From assembly GCA_031285625.1 (NCBI GenBank), contig JAITVV010000056.1:64001-128000 (forward strand): a stretch of 64,000 bases of DNA, read 5' to 3'. Position 1 is the stretch's first letter; each line of letters opens with the position of its first letter. This document shows, in pieces, positions 9,319-19,534 of this stretch. Both the position numbers and the translations under genes were made by a program. Under the pieces are notes generated by a model that was given only the letters and a program-made list of their open reading frames with translations, made no database searches and was not told the DNA's origin. The stretch is from Prevotella sp. (GTDB lineage Bacteria; Bacteroidota; Bacteroidia; Bacteroidales; Dysgonomonadaceae).

Positions 9319-9912
9319 ATGGAACTGGATGAATTAAAAAATACATGGCAATCATTAGATGACCGCTTGCAAAAGCAAGAAGTTCTAAAAAGAAATATTA
9401 TGAAAGAGATGTTGTACACTAAATCGGATAAAGCCTTGAGCCGTTTATTCAATTATGAGATATTTGGTATTATAGTCTTATTGTTAGTGATCCCTGCTAT
9501 TATTTATGCACTCAACTTCCACCCGGACCTACCAGGATATAAGACATTCATGTATATTATGTTAGTTGTTGACATTGTATTTTTCTTTTGGCAGGTATAT
9601 AAAGTATATGGACTGATGCAAGTCGATTTCTCAAGAACGGTCAGTACTAATATACAGCATACTAATAAATATAATATACATATCAAAAAAGAAAAGCTGG
9701 TTATGTTATTCTTTGTACCTCTGGTCTTGCTTTCCTGTGCATTCTTATATGCCCGATTAAATGTAAATATAGTTTTGTGGACTTTTCTAACATGTACAGC
9801 TATTGGGCTGGTATTGTTAACTATATGGTCGTATAAGAAACTTTACGATAAAAATATTAAATCGATTCTTCAGAGCCTCGATAATCTGAAAGAACTGGAA
9901 GAGGAAGAATAA
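9319..9912 (+). CDS. 4-TM membrane protein, putative anti-sigma partner
   Basis: MELDELKNTW start, 4 TM segments, 10 nt downstream of the ECF gene. Confidence 0.7.
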   Translation: MELDELKNTWQSLDDRLQKQEVLKRNIMKEMLYTKSDKALSRLFNYEIFGIIVLLLVIPAIIYALNFHPDLPGYKTFMYIMLVVDIVFFFWQVYKVYGLMQVDFSRTVSTNIQHTNKYNIHIKKEKLVMLFFVPLVLLSCAFLYARLNVNIVLWTFLTCTAIGLVLLTIWSYKKLYDKNIKSILQSLDNLKELEEEE

Positions 9913-9928
9913 ATGCCGATTTATAGAT

Positions 9929-9966
9929 AAAAAGCCCAGTGAACAAAAAATTCGTTGGGCTTTTTT
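9929..9966 (+). terminator. Intrinsic terminator
   Basis: AAAAAGCCCAGTGAA...TTCGTTGGGC followed by a T run. Confidence 0.75.
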
Positions 9967-10058
9967 CTTAAATAATATCATATTTTTCATAAAAAAGCAC
10001 TAATCTTCAATAATACATGTATTTTTACGAAATCATTTTTACACTTAACTACTGCTTT

Positions 10059-12671
10059 ATGGAAGGAGCTATAATACTTTTCGTAATTATATTACTTATT
10101 GTCCTGTTTATTTTACCTGCTATAACATTAGGGAAAATAGGCGCATTAGAGAATCGGATTGACCGTCTGGCTAATGATATCAACAACCAGAACAAAAAAG
10201 GTTCGGAATTATCAAAAAAGCCTAAATCAATAGATGATACAATAGAAATTCTTGCTGCTATAAATGAGCTGAAGAATGAAATTTCTAAATTACAGGTGGT
10301 AGAAACCATCAAGCCAGAGAAAGAAGATAAGGCGCCAGAAGAGCCTGTAATAAAGGAAGAAATAAAAGAATCTGTACCGGAGGCGACCGAATTGCCTATT
10401 CCTGAAGAAATTGTTAAACAGATACCAGAGCAAATACCTGAAGAGATAACACCTTCGGAAGTAGTGGTTGAAGAAAAGGAAGAAATAGTAACCGAAGAAC
10501 TTCCTGTGATAGATGAGCTTCCACAGGAGGAAACACCCCCGCCATTTGCTGCAATTAAACGTACTGAAGAGTCAAAACCTATAATTGTAGAAACTGAAAC
10601 TCCCCCTCCATATAAGCCTGCACCTACAGAAGAAATATACGATGAGCGCAATTTCTTCGAAAAGATAATGGGAGAAAACTGGCTTAGTAAAGTTGGTATC
10701 ATTACCTTGGTATTAGGCATTGCTTTTTTTGTTAAGTATGCCATTGATCAGGAATGGATCAACGAAGTCGGACGTGTAGGTATAGGCTTGCTTACCGGTG
10801 GTATCATCATTGGTATTGCCCACAAATTGAAATCAAAATATCATGTATTCTCATCCATTCTTGTAGGCGGTGGTATCTCTGTTTTTTATATAACGATCAC
10901 GCTTGCATTCCGGGAATATGAACTGTTTAGCCAAACGGTTGCTTTCATATTATTGATTGGAGTAACAATATTCTCTGTGATTTTATCCCTTTATTATGAC
11001 CGGAAAGAACTGGCAATATTCTCTCTGCTGGGTGGATTTGCCTCGCCATTAATGGTTAGCTCGGGAGATGGAAATTATATTGTCCTGTTCTCATATATAC
11101 TGATCTTAAATTCAGGTATGCTGGCTATATCTTTCATTAAGAAATGGCGCATTATAGGAATTATATGCTATGTATTGACATTGTCCTTTTTCTGGATATG
11201 GGTACTGCGGTCCTTCGATACACAATTTATCAGTGCTACAGTATTTGCTGCCCTCTTCTTTATTCAGTTTTATCTATTGGCTCTGTTCGACCATTTCAAA
11301 TCAGGGAATAAGATCACTCCATATCAGGCTGTACTGATTCTATCTAATAACTTATCCTTCTTCTTAGCATGCCTGTATGTATTTAATGATTATCCTTACG
11401 ATGTAAGAGGTATAGTAACAATATCTATTGCAGTAGTAAACGCGCTGGTTATGCTTACTCTGTTCCGTAAGAGTGAAGTTGACAGGAATCTGATTTATCT
11501 TATTATAGCTGTGGTTATGACCTTTGTCAGCTTAGCTATACCAATCCAACTACATGGACACGTGATCACAATGTTTTGGGCGGCGGAAATGGTAGTATTA
11601 CTCCTGTTATGGCAAAGATCACAGATCGCCATATTCAGAATCGGCTTTATTATTATCAGTGGATTAACCATCGTATCTTATATTATTGATATAGATCATA
11701 GTTATTCGTACGATCTGGCACTAACAATTGTACTAAACAGAATATTTATTACAGGCCTGGTGGTTATGGCTGCTTTCGGATTAGTATCATTCTTTTTGAA
11801 GAAGGAAGATCCAGATTCTATAGTTGAAATACGGGGTATAGAAACATTCTCGGTAGGAGCTATCATTAAAGTATTCAGAGTACTGATTATTGCCCTGTCT
11901 TTTATAGTACCTTTCCTGGAGCTGAATTATCAATTAGAGCGATTTACAGATATAGATTATACTTCAAGTTTCAGATATCTGGCTATGGCAACATATACGT
12001 TCTTGTATATAATGATACTGGCTGTTATTTACCGAAAAAAGTTTTCGGGAGCACTTGTATTTATGCAGTTCTTTGTCGCTGTATTTTTCTATGCGGTTGT
12101 ATACTCCTATTTAGCAGTAGAGTTGCGTTACGATATTTTCCAGATGGAAGAGTACAATACATCTTATTTCCTTTTGCATCTGCTTTCGTTACCTACTGTT
12201 GCCTTTATTATCTATTTATTGGCCAAGAATGTAAAATCTTTACCTGAAGATTGGTTCGCTCCTATTTGTTGGGGATTGGTAATTTTGTCAGTCGCAATTT
12301 TAAGCATTGAGACAGATCATATAATCATTATGTTATTCAACGGAATGGATAATTATGATAGCCTCTTATATGATGTGCATACATTCGGATACCCTATACT
12401 ATGGGGCATTCTAGCTATGATACTAATGGTGTGGGGACTGAAAAGAAAGGAAGTGCTATTACGCAAGATTTCTTTAATCTTCTTTGGTGTTATTATAGTA
12501 AAATTCTATGCATATGACGTTTGGCATATGTCGCAAGCAGGACGTATTGTCTCGTTTGTATTGCTCGGTGTTATTCTACTATTGGTATCTTTCCTTCAGC
12601 AAAAGATAAAAACATTGGTTAAGGATGACGAGGCGGATAAAATAGAAGAAGATAATTTTAAACAAGATTAA
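10059..12671 (+). CDS. DUF2339 multi-TM membrane protein
   Basis: Glu/Pro-rich linker, then FEK.MGENWLSKVG and LLGGFASP, many TMs; start moved to ATG 10059. Confidence 0.88.
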   Translation: MEGAIILFVIILLIVLFILPAITLGKIGALENRIDRLANDINNQNKKGSELSKKPKSIDDTIEILAAINELKNEISKLQVVETIKPEKEDKAPEEPVIKEEIKESVPEATELPIPEEIVKQIPEQIPEEITPSEVVVEEKEEIVTEELPVIDELPQEETPPPFAAIKRTEESKPIIVETETPPPYKPAPTEEIYDERNFFEKIMGENWLSKVGIITLVLGIAFFVKYAIDQEWINEVGRVGIGLLTGGIIIGIAHKLKSKYHVFSSILVGGGISVFYITITLAFREYELFSQTVAFILLIGVTIFSVILSLYYDRKELAIFSLLGGFASPLMVSSGDGNYIVLFSYILILNSGMLAISFIKKWRIIGIICYVLTLSFFWIWVLRSFDTQFISATVFAALFFIQFYLLALFDHFKSGNKITPYQAVLILSNNLSFFLACLYVFNDYPYDVRGIVTISIAVVNALVMLTLFRKSEVDRNLIYLIIAVVMTFVSLAIPIQLHGHVITMFWAAEMVVLLLLWQRSQIAIFRIGFIIISGLTIVSYIIDIDHSYSYDLALTIVLNRIFITGLVVMAAFGLVSFFLKKEDPDSIVEIRGIETFSVGAIIKVFRVLIIALSFIVPFLELNYQLERFTDIDYTSSFRYLAMATYTFLYIMILAVIYRKKFSGALVFMQFFVAVFFYAVVYSYLAVELRYDIFQMEEYNTSYFLLHLLSLPTVAFIIYLLAKNVKSLPEDWFAPICWGLVILSVAILSIETDHIIIMLFNGMDNYDSLLYDVHTFGYPILWGILAMILMVWGLKRKEVLLRKISLIFFGVIIVKFYAYDVWHMSQAGRIVSFVLLGVILLLVSFLQQKIKTLVKDDEADKIEEDNFKQD

Positions 12672-12675
12672 TAGT

Positions 12676-13887
12676 ATGAAAAAATATATTTCTATCTGTT
12701 TATTTATCCTATATACAACGGTTGGTTACGCTCAATCTGTATGGCAGGGTGATTTACAATCTGTTGATACGAGCGGCTATTATAATATCGAACTCGACCA
12801 ATATGCTATAGCTCATTCCAAAGATATTGAGCTAACTGATATTAGAGTTCTGGATAAAGATAATAAAGAAGTACCTTATTTCCTCAGATCGGTAAGTCCT
12901 GTTCAGGAAATAGCTCGATTTAAAAGTTATGACCTGAAAAATAACTCAATAAGAGATAGTCTGAATGTTATTGTCGTAGATAATAATAAGAAAGAAAATA
13001 TAAAGCGCTTTTATATTGTTGTCAAAGCCGCGGATGTCAATAAATATGCCACAGTAAGAGGGAGCGACGACCTAAAAAATTGGTATATAGTAAAACAAAA
13101 AACGAGTATTTCAAATTTGAGCTACAATCAGTCTGATAGCGAAGAGATTTTGGTTCTCGATTTTCCTTCTGGTAATTACACATATTATGAAATAACTCTA
13201 GAGAGTAATCAAGGCAGCCCGTTAGATATAATAAAAGTCGGAAAAATAGAGAATTCTAGTATTTATGCGCAATTCACAAAGATCAATCTGGGTAGGTTTA
13301 TTTCTGAGGAAAAGGAAGATAAAAAGACATATCTTCGTTTTCCGGAACAACAAGAAGTATATCGCGTGAATAAGCTCGAATTTAAAGTTAATAGTAGTGC
13401 ATATTATCTCCGTCATGTCTCGGTAATAGATACTATCAGTGGAAAACGAATAGGTTTTGATCTATCCTCCAAAAGTGACAATTCTTTTTTCGTTAATAAC
13501 TTTCCATTAGGTAAACATACAGTTATTACAATTGAAAACAATAACAATCCTCCACTAACAATCGATTCAATCAGAGTCTATGGACTCAATCGTTATTTAT
13601 GTGCTTATCTGGAACAAGGTAAGGAATATTGTATAAATATTGGTGTAAAGAATATGGCTCTGCCTAAATATGATATTGAACATTTTCAGGCTGATATTCC
13701 AGTGGATCTACCTATTCTTAAGGTTAGCAATCTGCATGGGATTCCTGATGAAGAAGTCATCACTCCTAAACGGGAATTATCTTTGATAGAACGACCCGTT
13801 TTCTTATGGGGCGTAATCATTGTAATAGGACTTTTCCTTACATTCATTTGTGTAAAAATGCTAAAGGAAATGAAGAAAAAAAAGTAA
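12676..13887 (+). CDS. DUF3999-like exported protein with C-terminal TM
   Basis: Signal peptide, DIRVLD..NKEVPYF, I.NNNNPPL.I, P.YDI; usual partner of DUF2339 genes. Confidence 0.65.
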   Translation: MKKYISICLFILYTTVGYAQSVWQGDLQSVDTSGYYNIELDQYAIAHSKDIELTDIRVLDKDNKEVPYFLRSVSPVQEIARFKSYDLKNNSIRDSLNVIVVDNNKKENIKRFYIVVKAADVNKYATVRGSDDLKNWYIVKQKTSISNLSYNQSDSEEILVLDFPSGNYTYYEITLESNQGSPLDIIKVGKIENSSIYAQFTKINLGRFISEEKEDKKTYLRFPEQQEVYRVNKLEFKVNSSAYYLRHVSVIDTISGKRIGFDLSSKSDNSFFVNNFPLGKHTVITIENNNNPPLTIDSIRVYGLNRYLCAYLEQGKEYCINIGVKNMALPKYDIEHFQADIPVDLPILKVSNLHGIPDEEVITPKRELSLIERPVFLWGVIIVIGLFLTFICVKMLKEMKKKK

Positions 13888-13961
13888 TTACACATACTTT
13901 TCTTCTAAATAAAAAATCCCCAGACTGGCTAGCCTGAGGATTTCTATTTATATTCTTATAA

Positions 13962-15464
13962 TTAAGATCCTATTTTCTTTGCATCTAGTTTGCTCACCAC
14001 ACGGGCATATATAATAAGGGCAATTGCAGAGACTAGCCCAATAGCAAAAAATACATACCACAAGTAATGTGCATTTGCAGTAGCAGCTGCATAATCTGCT
14101 GCAAAATTAGTAGAATTGGCAAATCGCTCTGACAATGGATCAGGGCAGAAAGCCTCTAATAAGAATCCGGCCACAATAAAGCTCACCAAAGAAGACACAA
14201 ATGAGTGAAGATGGCTAAATCCGAGATATAGTCCTTCTTCTCCTTTTGGCGACTGTAATGAAAAATATTCAAGGAAACGCGGGGATATAAAGCATTCGGC
14301 TAGGGCCTGGAATGCAATACCAATAATCAGCATAAGTGTTACAGGATGTATTGTTGTTAATCCAAAAACAGATATAAGATCACCTCCCATCAAATTACCA
14401 AAAGACATAATCAGTGCCGATATAGGTATAATAAACATACCTACCATGATAGAAGCCAGTGGCGACCGTTTCTTCATTATTGTAGTTACCAGATTTACCA
14501 ATAGGAATACCACAAAAGGATTTACATTGGCAATCCATCCTGGAGATGCGTCCTGCCCTACCATGCGGATCACATACTTAGGCATAGATGCATACATCTG
14601 CTGCTGAACAATCCAAAATCCGCTGGTAATAAGAATTAATGCAACAAGCCGTCCATTCTTACAAACTTTTATCAAAGCCTCCCATATCTCAGAAAGACTT
14701 TTGCCTTGTCCTGCCGTTTGTGTCGATCTATACATGAAGAAGACAACAACTAAGGCAATTAATGTCATTGTTCCCGAAAAATAATTTAAATAAACAAGCC
14801 CTTGGTCTCCTATACTCTTACGAAGCGGGTCAACTACTGTTTTTCCTGTAAAAGCACCAATATTCACCATCATGTAAAAGATAGCAAAACCTCTTGCCCT
14901 GGTTTCTGATGTTGTCTCCTTGGCTACAGTACCCGATATCACCGACTTAATAAATGCTCCGCCTACAACAATAAAAAGCAGAATAGGAACTATTGTCCAC
15001 TGTTGAACGCTTTCTCTCAGTCCTGTAAATGTAGTATAGCGATCAAAATTGCCAACCCCTATCCATTTAAAGAAAGAACGGAAAGTAGCTATAATACTAC
15101 CTTCATTGACCTCTGTCAGATCCTGATTTAATCCTACTGCATTTGCAGCACCATATTCTACCAAGCCGGCGCTCTCCAGTAAAGTAGGAATAAGTCCTAA
15201 ACCAAAATATCCGATGGTAAGCAGAGTAAATGCTATCATTATAGCCTTTCTAAAGCCTATCTTATCAGAATATGCACCTACAAAAGTCGGAAGAAAATAA
15301 AGCAATGCGGAGAATGAACCCGCAATGATACCTGCCTCAACATCATTGAAGCCCCAAACATTTGAAAGATATAGAGTTAGTGAAATAAAAATTGCATAGT
15401 ATGCCAGCCGCTCCAACAGTTCAACGGTGTTGGCGACCCAAAACGCTCTGGAAAATTTAGCCAT
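13962..15464 (-). CDS. MFS transporter, POT/PTR peptide transporter-like
   Basis: ELLERLAYY (ExxER) motif and FYMMVNIGA. Confidence 0.85.
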   Translation of the reverse strand: MAKFSRAFWVANTVELLERLAYYAIFISLTLYLSNVWGFNDVEAGIIAGSFSALLYFLPTFVGAYSDKIGFRKAIMIAFTLLTIGYFGLGLIPTLLESAGLVEYGAANAVGLNQDLTEVNEGSIIATFRSFFKWIGVGNFDRYTTFTGLRESVQQWTIVPILLFIVVGGAFIKSVISGTVAKETTSETRARGFAIFYMMVNIGAFTGKTVVDPLRKSIGDQGLVYLNYFSGTMTLIALVVVFFMYRSTQTAGQGKSLSEIWEALIKVCKNGRLVALILITSGFWIVQQQMYASMPKYVIRMVGQDASPGWIANVNPFVVFLLVNLVTTIMKKRSPLASIMVGMFIIPISALIMSFGNLMGGDLISVFGLTTIHPVTLMLIIGIAFQALAECFISPRFLEYFSLQSPKGEEGLYLGFSHLHSFVSSLVSFIVAGFLLEAFCPDPLSERFANSTNFAADYAAATANAHYLWYVFFAIGLVSAIALIIYARVVSKLDAKKIGS

Positions 15465-15556
15465 TAGATTCTTTAGAATTGTTAAAATTTAGTCGAATTG
15501 CCACAAAAATAAGAAAATTATCCGGTTTACAAAGACTCAACACTGTCTCTATGACA

Positions 15557-16708
15557 CTATTCAACCTTTTTTAACTCAATGCAAAAGGTTGTCCCCACAC
15601 CTATTTCGGAATATTTTACATAAATCCGACCTTTATGATATGATTCAATTATGCGTTTTGCAAGGGAGAGCCCTAACCCCCACCCCCTAGATTTAGTAGT
15701 ATAGCCGGGATTGAAAATTGTTCTGTATTTTGATTTTGGGAGCCCCTTACCTGTATCTTGTATATCTAAAGATACCATCTTACCCTTAGCTGTAAAAGTA
15801 AAGGTGATTTTCCCCTGTCCACCCATTGCATCTACCGCATTTTTCGTCAGATTCTCTATTACCCAACTTAATAACGGCTCACTCACTTCTACATATAAAG
15901 GAGCGTCAGGTAATTCCATAATAAAAGAAACTTTTTTGGATATTCGTTTTTCAAGGTAAGTTATTGATTGTTGAACTATATTTGCCAAATCCTCACGTTC
16001 CAAAGTTGGGGTTGAACCGATCTTGGAAAAACGGTCTGTAATCATTTGCAACCGATTTACATCTTTTTCCATGTCCATTATAACAGATACATCGGATTCT
16101 TTTAGCTTCAAATATTCCAACCATGCTAGTAGTGATGAAATAGGAGTACCAAGTTGATGTGCCGTTTCCTTAGAAAGTCCTACCCACAAGCGATCCTGCT
16201 CCATCTTCATCGTTGTAAATAATGAAAAAAAAGCAGTAATCATAAAAATAAACAGTACTCCTAGCTGAATATATGGATACAACTGAAGTTTTTTTAAGGT
16301 GTAAGAATCATCATAATAAACATATTGATCAAAATCCTCAGCCTCAATAATTATAGGTTCATGGTTTCGCTGAAAGCTATCTGCTCTTTTCTTAAGAAAT
16401 TCCTGATCATCTGTTCCAGGTAATTCGATATTTGCGGAAGTATAATTATTTTCTTTCTTATCGTATAATATTACAGGAATAGTTGTATTACTCGTCAAAA
16501 TCTGCGCTACCAGATTCATATTGAGATTTTCAGCATTGCTGGCCATCTCTTTTGTAGCCTCCGCCCAGATTTCAATTTTATTTCGTTCTTCCTTGGATAA
16601 ATCCTTCACCAGATAATGAGAAACAAGAAGTGATACGAAAACTATAACAATAGCTATCACTATAAAAAGGTATCTGAAAAATAACCTATTGTTCTCAAAT
16701 AATTTCAT
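15557..16708 (-). CDS. Sensor histidine kinase (no adjacent response regulator)
   Basis: 2 TM, KETAHQLGTPISSL H-box, ENLTKNAVDAM, DTGKG, GWGLGL. Confidence 0.93.
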   Translation of the reverse strand: MKLFENNRLFFRYLFIVIAIVIVFVSLLVSHYLVKDLSKEERNKIEIWAEATKEMASNAENLNMNLVAQILTSNTTIPVILYDKKENNYTSANIELPGTDDQEFLKKRADSFQRNHEPIIIEAEDFDQYVYYDDSYTLKKLQLYPYIQLGVLFIFMITAFFSLFTTMKMEQDRLWVGLSKETAHQLGTPISSLLAWLEYLKLKESDVSVIMDMEKDVNRLQMITDRFSKIGSTPTLEREDLANIVQQSITYLEKRISKKVSFIMELPDAPLYVEVSEPLLSWVIENLTKNAVDAMGGQGKITFTFTAKGKMVSLDIQDTGKGLPKSKYRTIFNPGYTTKSRGWGLGLSLAKRIIESYHKGRIYVKYSEIGVGTTFCIELKKVE

Positions 16709-16831
16709 ACGATAAAGATAATTGTTTTATTATTTTTAGACCTGATCTTCGCTTAATAATCAATTTATGTTAAAGATATATTCATTATCTTTGTTTGTAA
16801 CTCTTATATCTTAAAACGAAAAACTTTTGAA

Positions 16832-17977
16832 ATGAATATACAAAAAAGCATTTTAACATCCGGATTTCTATTATTCCTTATCATCGTACTTATGTCTTGT
16901 AAACAAGAAGGAAAATATCAAGCTTTCACTCCCGGAGAGTTGTGGTTGGACAACAATAATGTGCATATCAATGCCCATGGCGGGGGTATTCTATATGATA
17001 ATGGCACATATTACTGGTTTGGAGAACATAAGACCGAAGGCGAAAACGGAAATCTGGCAAATGTAGGAGTTCATTGTTATTCATCAAAGGATTTGTATAA
17101 CTGGACAGACGAAGGAATTGCCCTATCTGTAATTGAAGCCGATTCTACACATGACATAGCTAAAGGCTGTATACTGGAACGTCCCAAAGTAATCCATAAT
17201 AAGAAAACAAAAAAATATATTATGTATTTTCATCTTGAGCCAAAGGGCCAGGGATATGAAGGGGCGCGTAGTGGCATTGCTATCAGTGACAAAGCAACAG
17301 GACCATATTCATACATACGTTCTGTTCGCCCAAATGCAGGACATTGGCCATTCAACGCTCCGGAAATACTAACCAAAGGTCCTGTCAGGGTAGAGGGAGC
17401 CATATTTACAGGAGGATCATTATCTGCTCCGGCTGATTCGCTCAATATATTAGGACGCGATATGCAAGGCGGACAGATGGCACGGGATATGACATTATTT
17501 GTAGACGATGATGGAACAGCCTATCATATATATTCATCTGAAGAAAACAGTACACTGCATATTGCTCAGCTTACCGAAGACTACCTTGACTATGCAGATA
17601 AATACGCGCGTTTCTTTCCCGATCGTTTCATGGAGGCGCCAGCCATTTTCAAGAAGGATGAAAAATATTACCTTATGGCCTCGGGGTGTACAGGCTGGGC
17701 TCCAAATGAGGCCAGATCAGCAGTCGCCAAATCCATATGGGGCCCATGGACCGAATTAGGCAATCCATGCATAGGCATAGATGCAGACCTCACCTTTCAT
17801 TCACAAAGCACATATATACTACCGATACAAGGTAAAAATAGTCAATTTATCTATATGGGCGACAGATGGACACCAAACGACGCCATTGATGGCAGATATA
17901 TCTGGTTGCCGATAAAATTTGAAGGAGATAAATTCACTATCGAGTGGAAAGATTCATGGATTCTTAATGATTTATAA
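16832..17977 (+). CDS. GH43 glycoside hydrolase lipoprotein (GH43_24-like)
   Basis: Lipobox LMSC, INAHGGG, ERPKV, RDMTLF, EAPA, SQST; TATCTTTG box at 16786-16793. Confidence 0.88.
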   Translation: MNIQKSILTSGFLLFLIIVLMSCKQEGKYQAFTPGELWLDNNNVHINAHGGGILYDNGTYYWFGEHKTEGENGNLANVGVHCYSSKDLYNWTDEGIALSVIEADSTHDIAKGCILERPKVIHNKKTKKYIMYFHLEPKGQGYEGARSGIAISDKATGPYSYIRSVRPNAGHWPFNAPEILTKGPVRVEGAIFTGGSLSAPADSLNILGRDMQGGQMARDMTLFVDDDGTAYHIYSSEENSTLHIAQLTEDYLDYADKYARFFPDRFMEAPAIFKKDEKYYLMASGCTGWAPNEARSAVAKSIWGPWTELGNPCIGIDADLTFHSQSTYILPIQGKNSQFIYMGDRWTPNDAIDGRYIWLPIKFEGDKFTIEWKDSWILNDL

Positions 17978-18134
17978 AAAAGAATCAAACCCTTTATCAT
18001 TTTTACACTTATCTGGTATTTCCTCTGTCTATTCGAACAGAGAATATGACATTTTTCTGTCAATTAAGACACCAGTCCGCTTAGTATTCGAAAATAATTA
18101 CAGAAAAGAGGCATATACAAATTATTAAAATAGT

Positions 18135-18142
18135 TACCTTTG
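18135..18142 (+). promoter_or_regulatory. -7 box of glyA promoter
   Basis: TACCTTTG ending 36 nt before the ATG. Confidence 0.6.
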
Positions 18143-18178
18143 TCAAATAATTTATTTACCTCATAATTTTACCCGTTT

Positions 18179-19459
18179 ATGAAAAGAGATACAGCCATTT
18201 TTGATATTATTGAAAGAGAATATCAACGACAACTGAAAGGAATAGAATTAATTGCATCAGAGAACTTTGTAAGCCAACAGGTAATGGAAGCTATGGGTTC
18301 ATGCCTTACCAATAAATATGCAGAAGGCTATCCGGGCAAAAGATATTATGGGGGATGCGAGATTGTAGACCTTAGTGAGCAACTGGCTATTGATCGCCTG
18401 AAAGAGATATTTGGTGCAGAATGGGCAAATGTACAGCCTCACTCAGGAGCCCAAGCCAATGCTGCCGTATTTCTGGCATGTATGCAAGCCGGAGATAAAT
18501 TTCTGGGACTCAATCTATCGCATGGAGGTCACTTATCTCATGGTTCTCCTGTAAACTTTTCAGGATTGATGTTCCATGCACTTGAATACAACGTAAAACA
18601 AGATACTGAGCAAGTAGATTATGACCAAATGGAGCAAGTTGCCCGTGCTGAAAGACCAAAGGTAATCATCGCCGGTGCCTCAGCCTATTCCCGCGATTGG
18701 AATTATGCCCGTATCCGCAAGATTGCCGATGAGATAGGTGCAATATTTATGGTAGATATGGCACACCCTGCAGGATTAGTTGCCGCAGGATTATTAAACA
18801 ATCCTCTACCTCATGCCCATATAGTAACTACTACTACCCATAAAACATTACGCGGACCTCGCGGAGGAGCTATTCTCCTAAGTAAGGATTTTGAAAATCC
18901 TTGGGGCAAAAAGACACCAAAAGGTGAAATCCGTATGATGTCAGCTTTGCTTGACTCTGCTGTATTCCCCGGAATACAAGGTGGTCCCTTGGAACATGTG
19001 ATTGCAGCAAAAGCCGTTTCGTTTGCAGAAGCACTCGATCCGTCATATAAAGTATACCAAACACAAGTAAAGAAAAATGCAACTGTAATGGCTCAAGCTT
19101 TTATAGACAAAGGATACAAAGTTGTATCAGGAGGTACAGACAATCACTCTATGCTTATAGACCTGCGCCCAAAATTCCCAGAACTGACTGGAAAACTTGC
19201 AGAAAAAGTTCTTGTTGAAGCCGATATTACGACTAATAAAAATATGGTTCCATTCGATAGCCGCAGTCCATTCCTTACATCAGGACTCCGTTTTGGTACT
19301 CCCGCAATTACAACACGTGGCGCCAAAGAGCCATTAATGGGCGAAATCGTAGAAATGATAGACACTGTCCTTTCAAATCCTGAAAGCGAACAAACTATAA
19401 AAGCTGTTCGCGAAAAGGTAAACAGTATAATGAAAGAATACCCGTTATTTGCATGGTAA
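18179..19459 (+). CDS. glyA: Serine hydroxymethyltransferase
   Basis: [35 protein letters not shown]. Confidence 0.98.
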   Translation: MKRDTAIFDIIEREYQRQLKGIELIASENFVSQQVMEAMGSCLTNKYAEGYPGKRYYGGCEIVDLSEQLAIDRLKEIFGAEWANVQPHSGAQANAAVFLACMQAGDKFLGLNLSHGGHLSHGSPVNFSGLMFHALEYNVKQDTEQVDYDQMEQVARAERPKVIIAGASAYSRDWNYARIRKIADEIGAIFMVDMAHPAGLVAAGLLNNPLPHAHIVTTTTHKTLRGPRGGAILLSKDFENPWGKKTPKGEIRMMSALLDSAVFPGIQGGPLEHVIAAKAVSFAEALDPSYKVYQTQVKKNATVMAQAFIDKGYKVVSGGTDNHSMLIDLRPKFPELTGKLAEKVLVEADITTNKNMVPFDSRSPFLTSGLRFGTPAITTRGAKEPLMGEIVEMIDTVLSNPESEQTIKAVREKVNSIMKEYPLFAW

Positions 19460-19482
19460 GATTTTAATTAAATATCAGATTG

Positions 19483-19512
19483 AAAGGGTTGTTTCTACAA
19501 CCCTTTGTTGTT
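19483..19512 (+). terminator. Hairpin after glyA
   Basis: AAAGGGTTGT-TTCT-ACAACCCTTT. Confidence 0.65.
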
Positions 19513-19534
19513 TGTATCCTATCTATCCGACAGA

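Noticed and set aside
10300-10640. Glu/Pro-rich quasi-repeats in DUF2339
   Set aside because: Low-complexity linker typical of the family, not a DNA repeat array.
10049-10744. 231-aa antisense ORF and the many other short antisense/overlapping ORFs in the track
   Set aside because: They shadow well-supported genes on the other strand or frame and show no recognisable motifs.
16832-17977. GH43 as part of a polysaccharide utilisation locus
   Set aside because: No susC/susD or other CAZymes adjacent; it appears to be a lone gene.
17980-18178. Possible riboswitch upstream of glyA
   Set aside because: The -7 box is only 36 nt from the ATG, leaving no room, and no aptamer consensus is visible.
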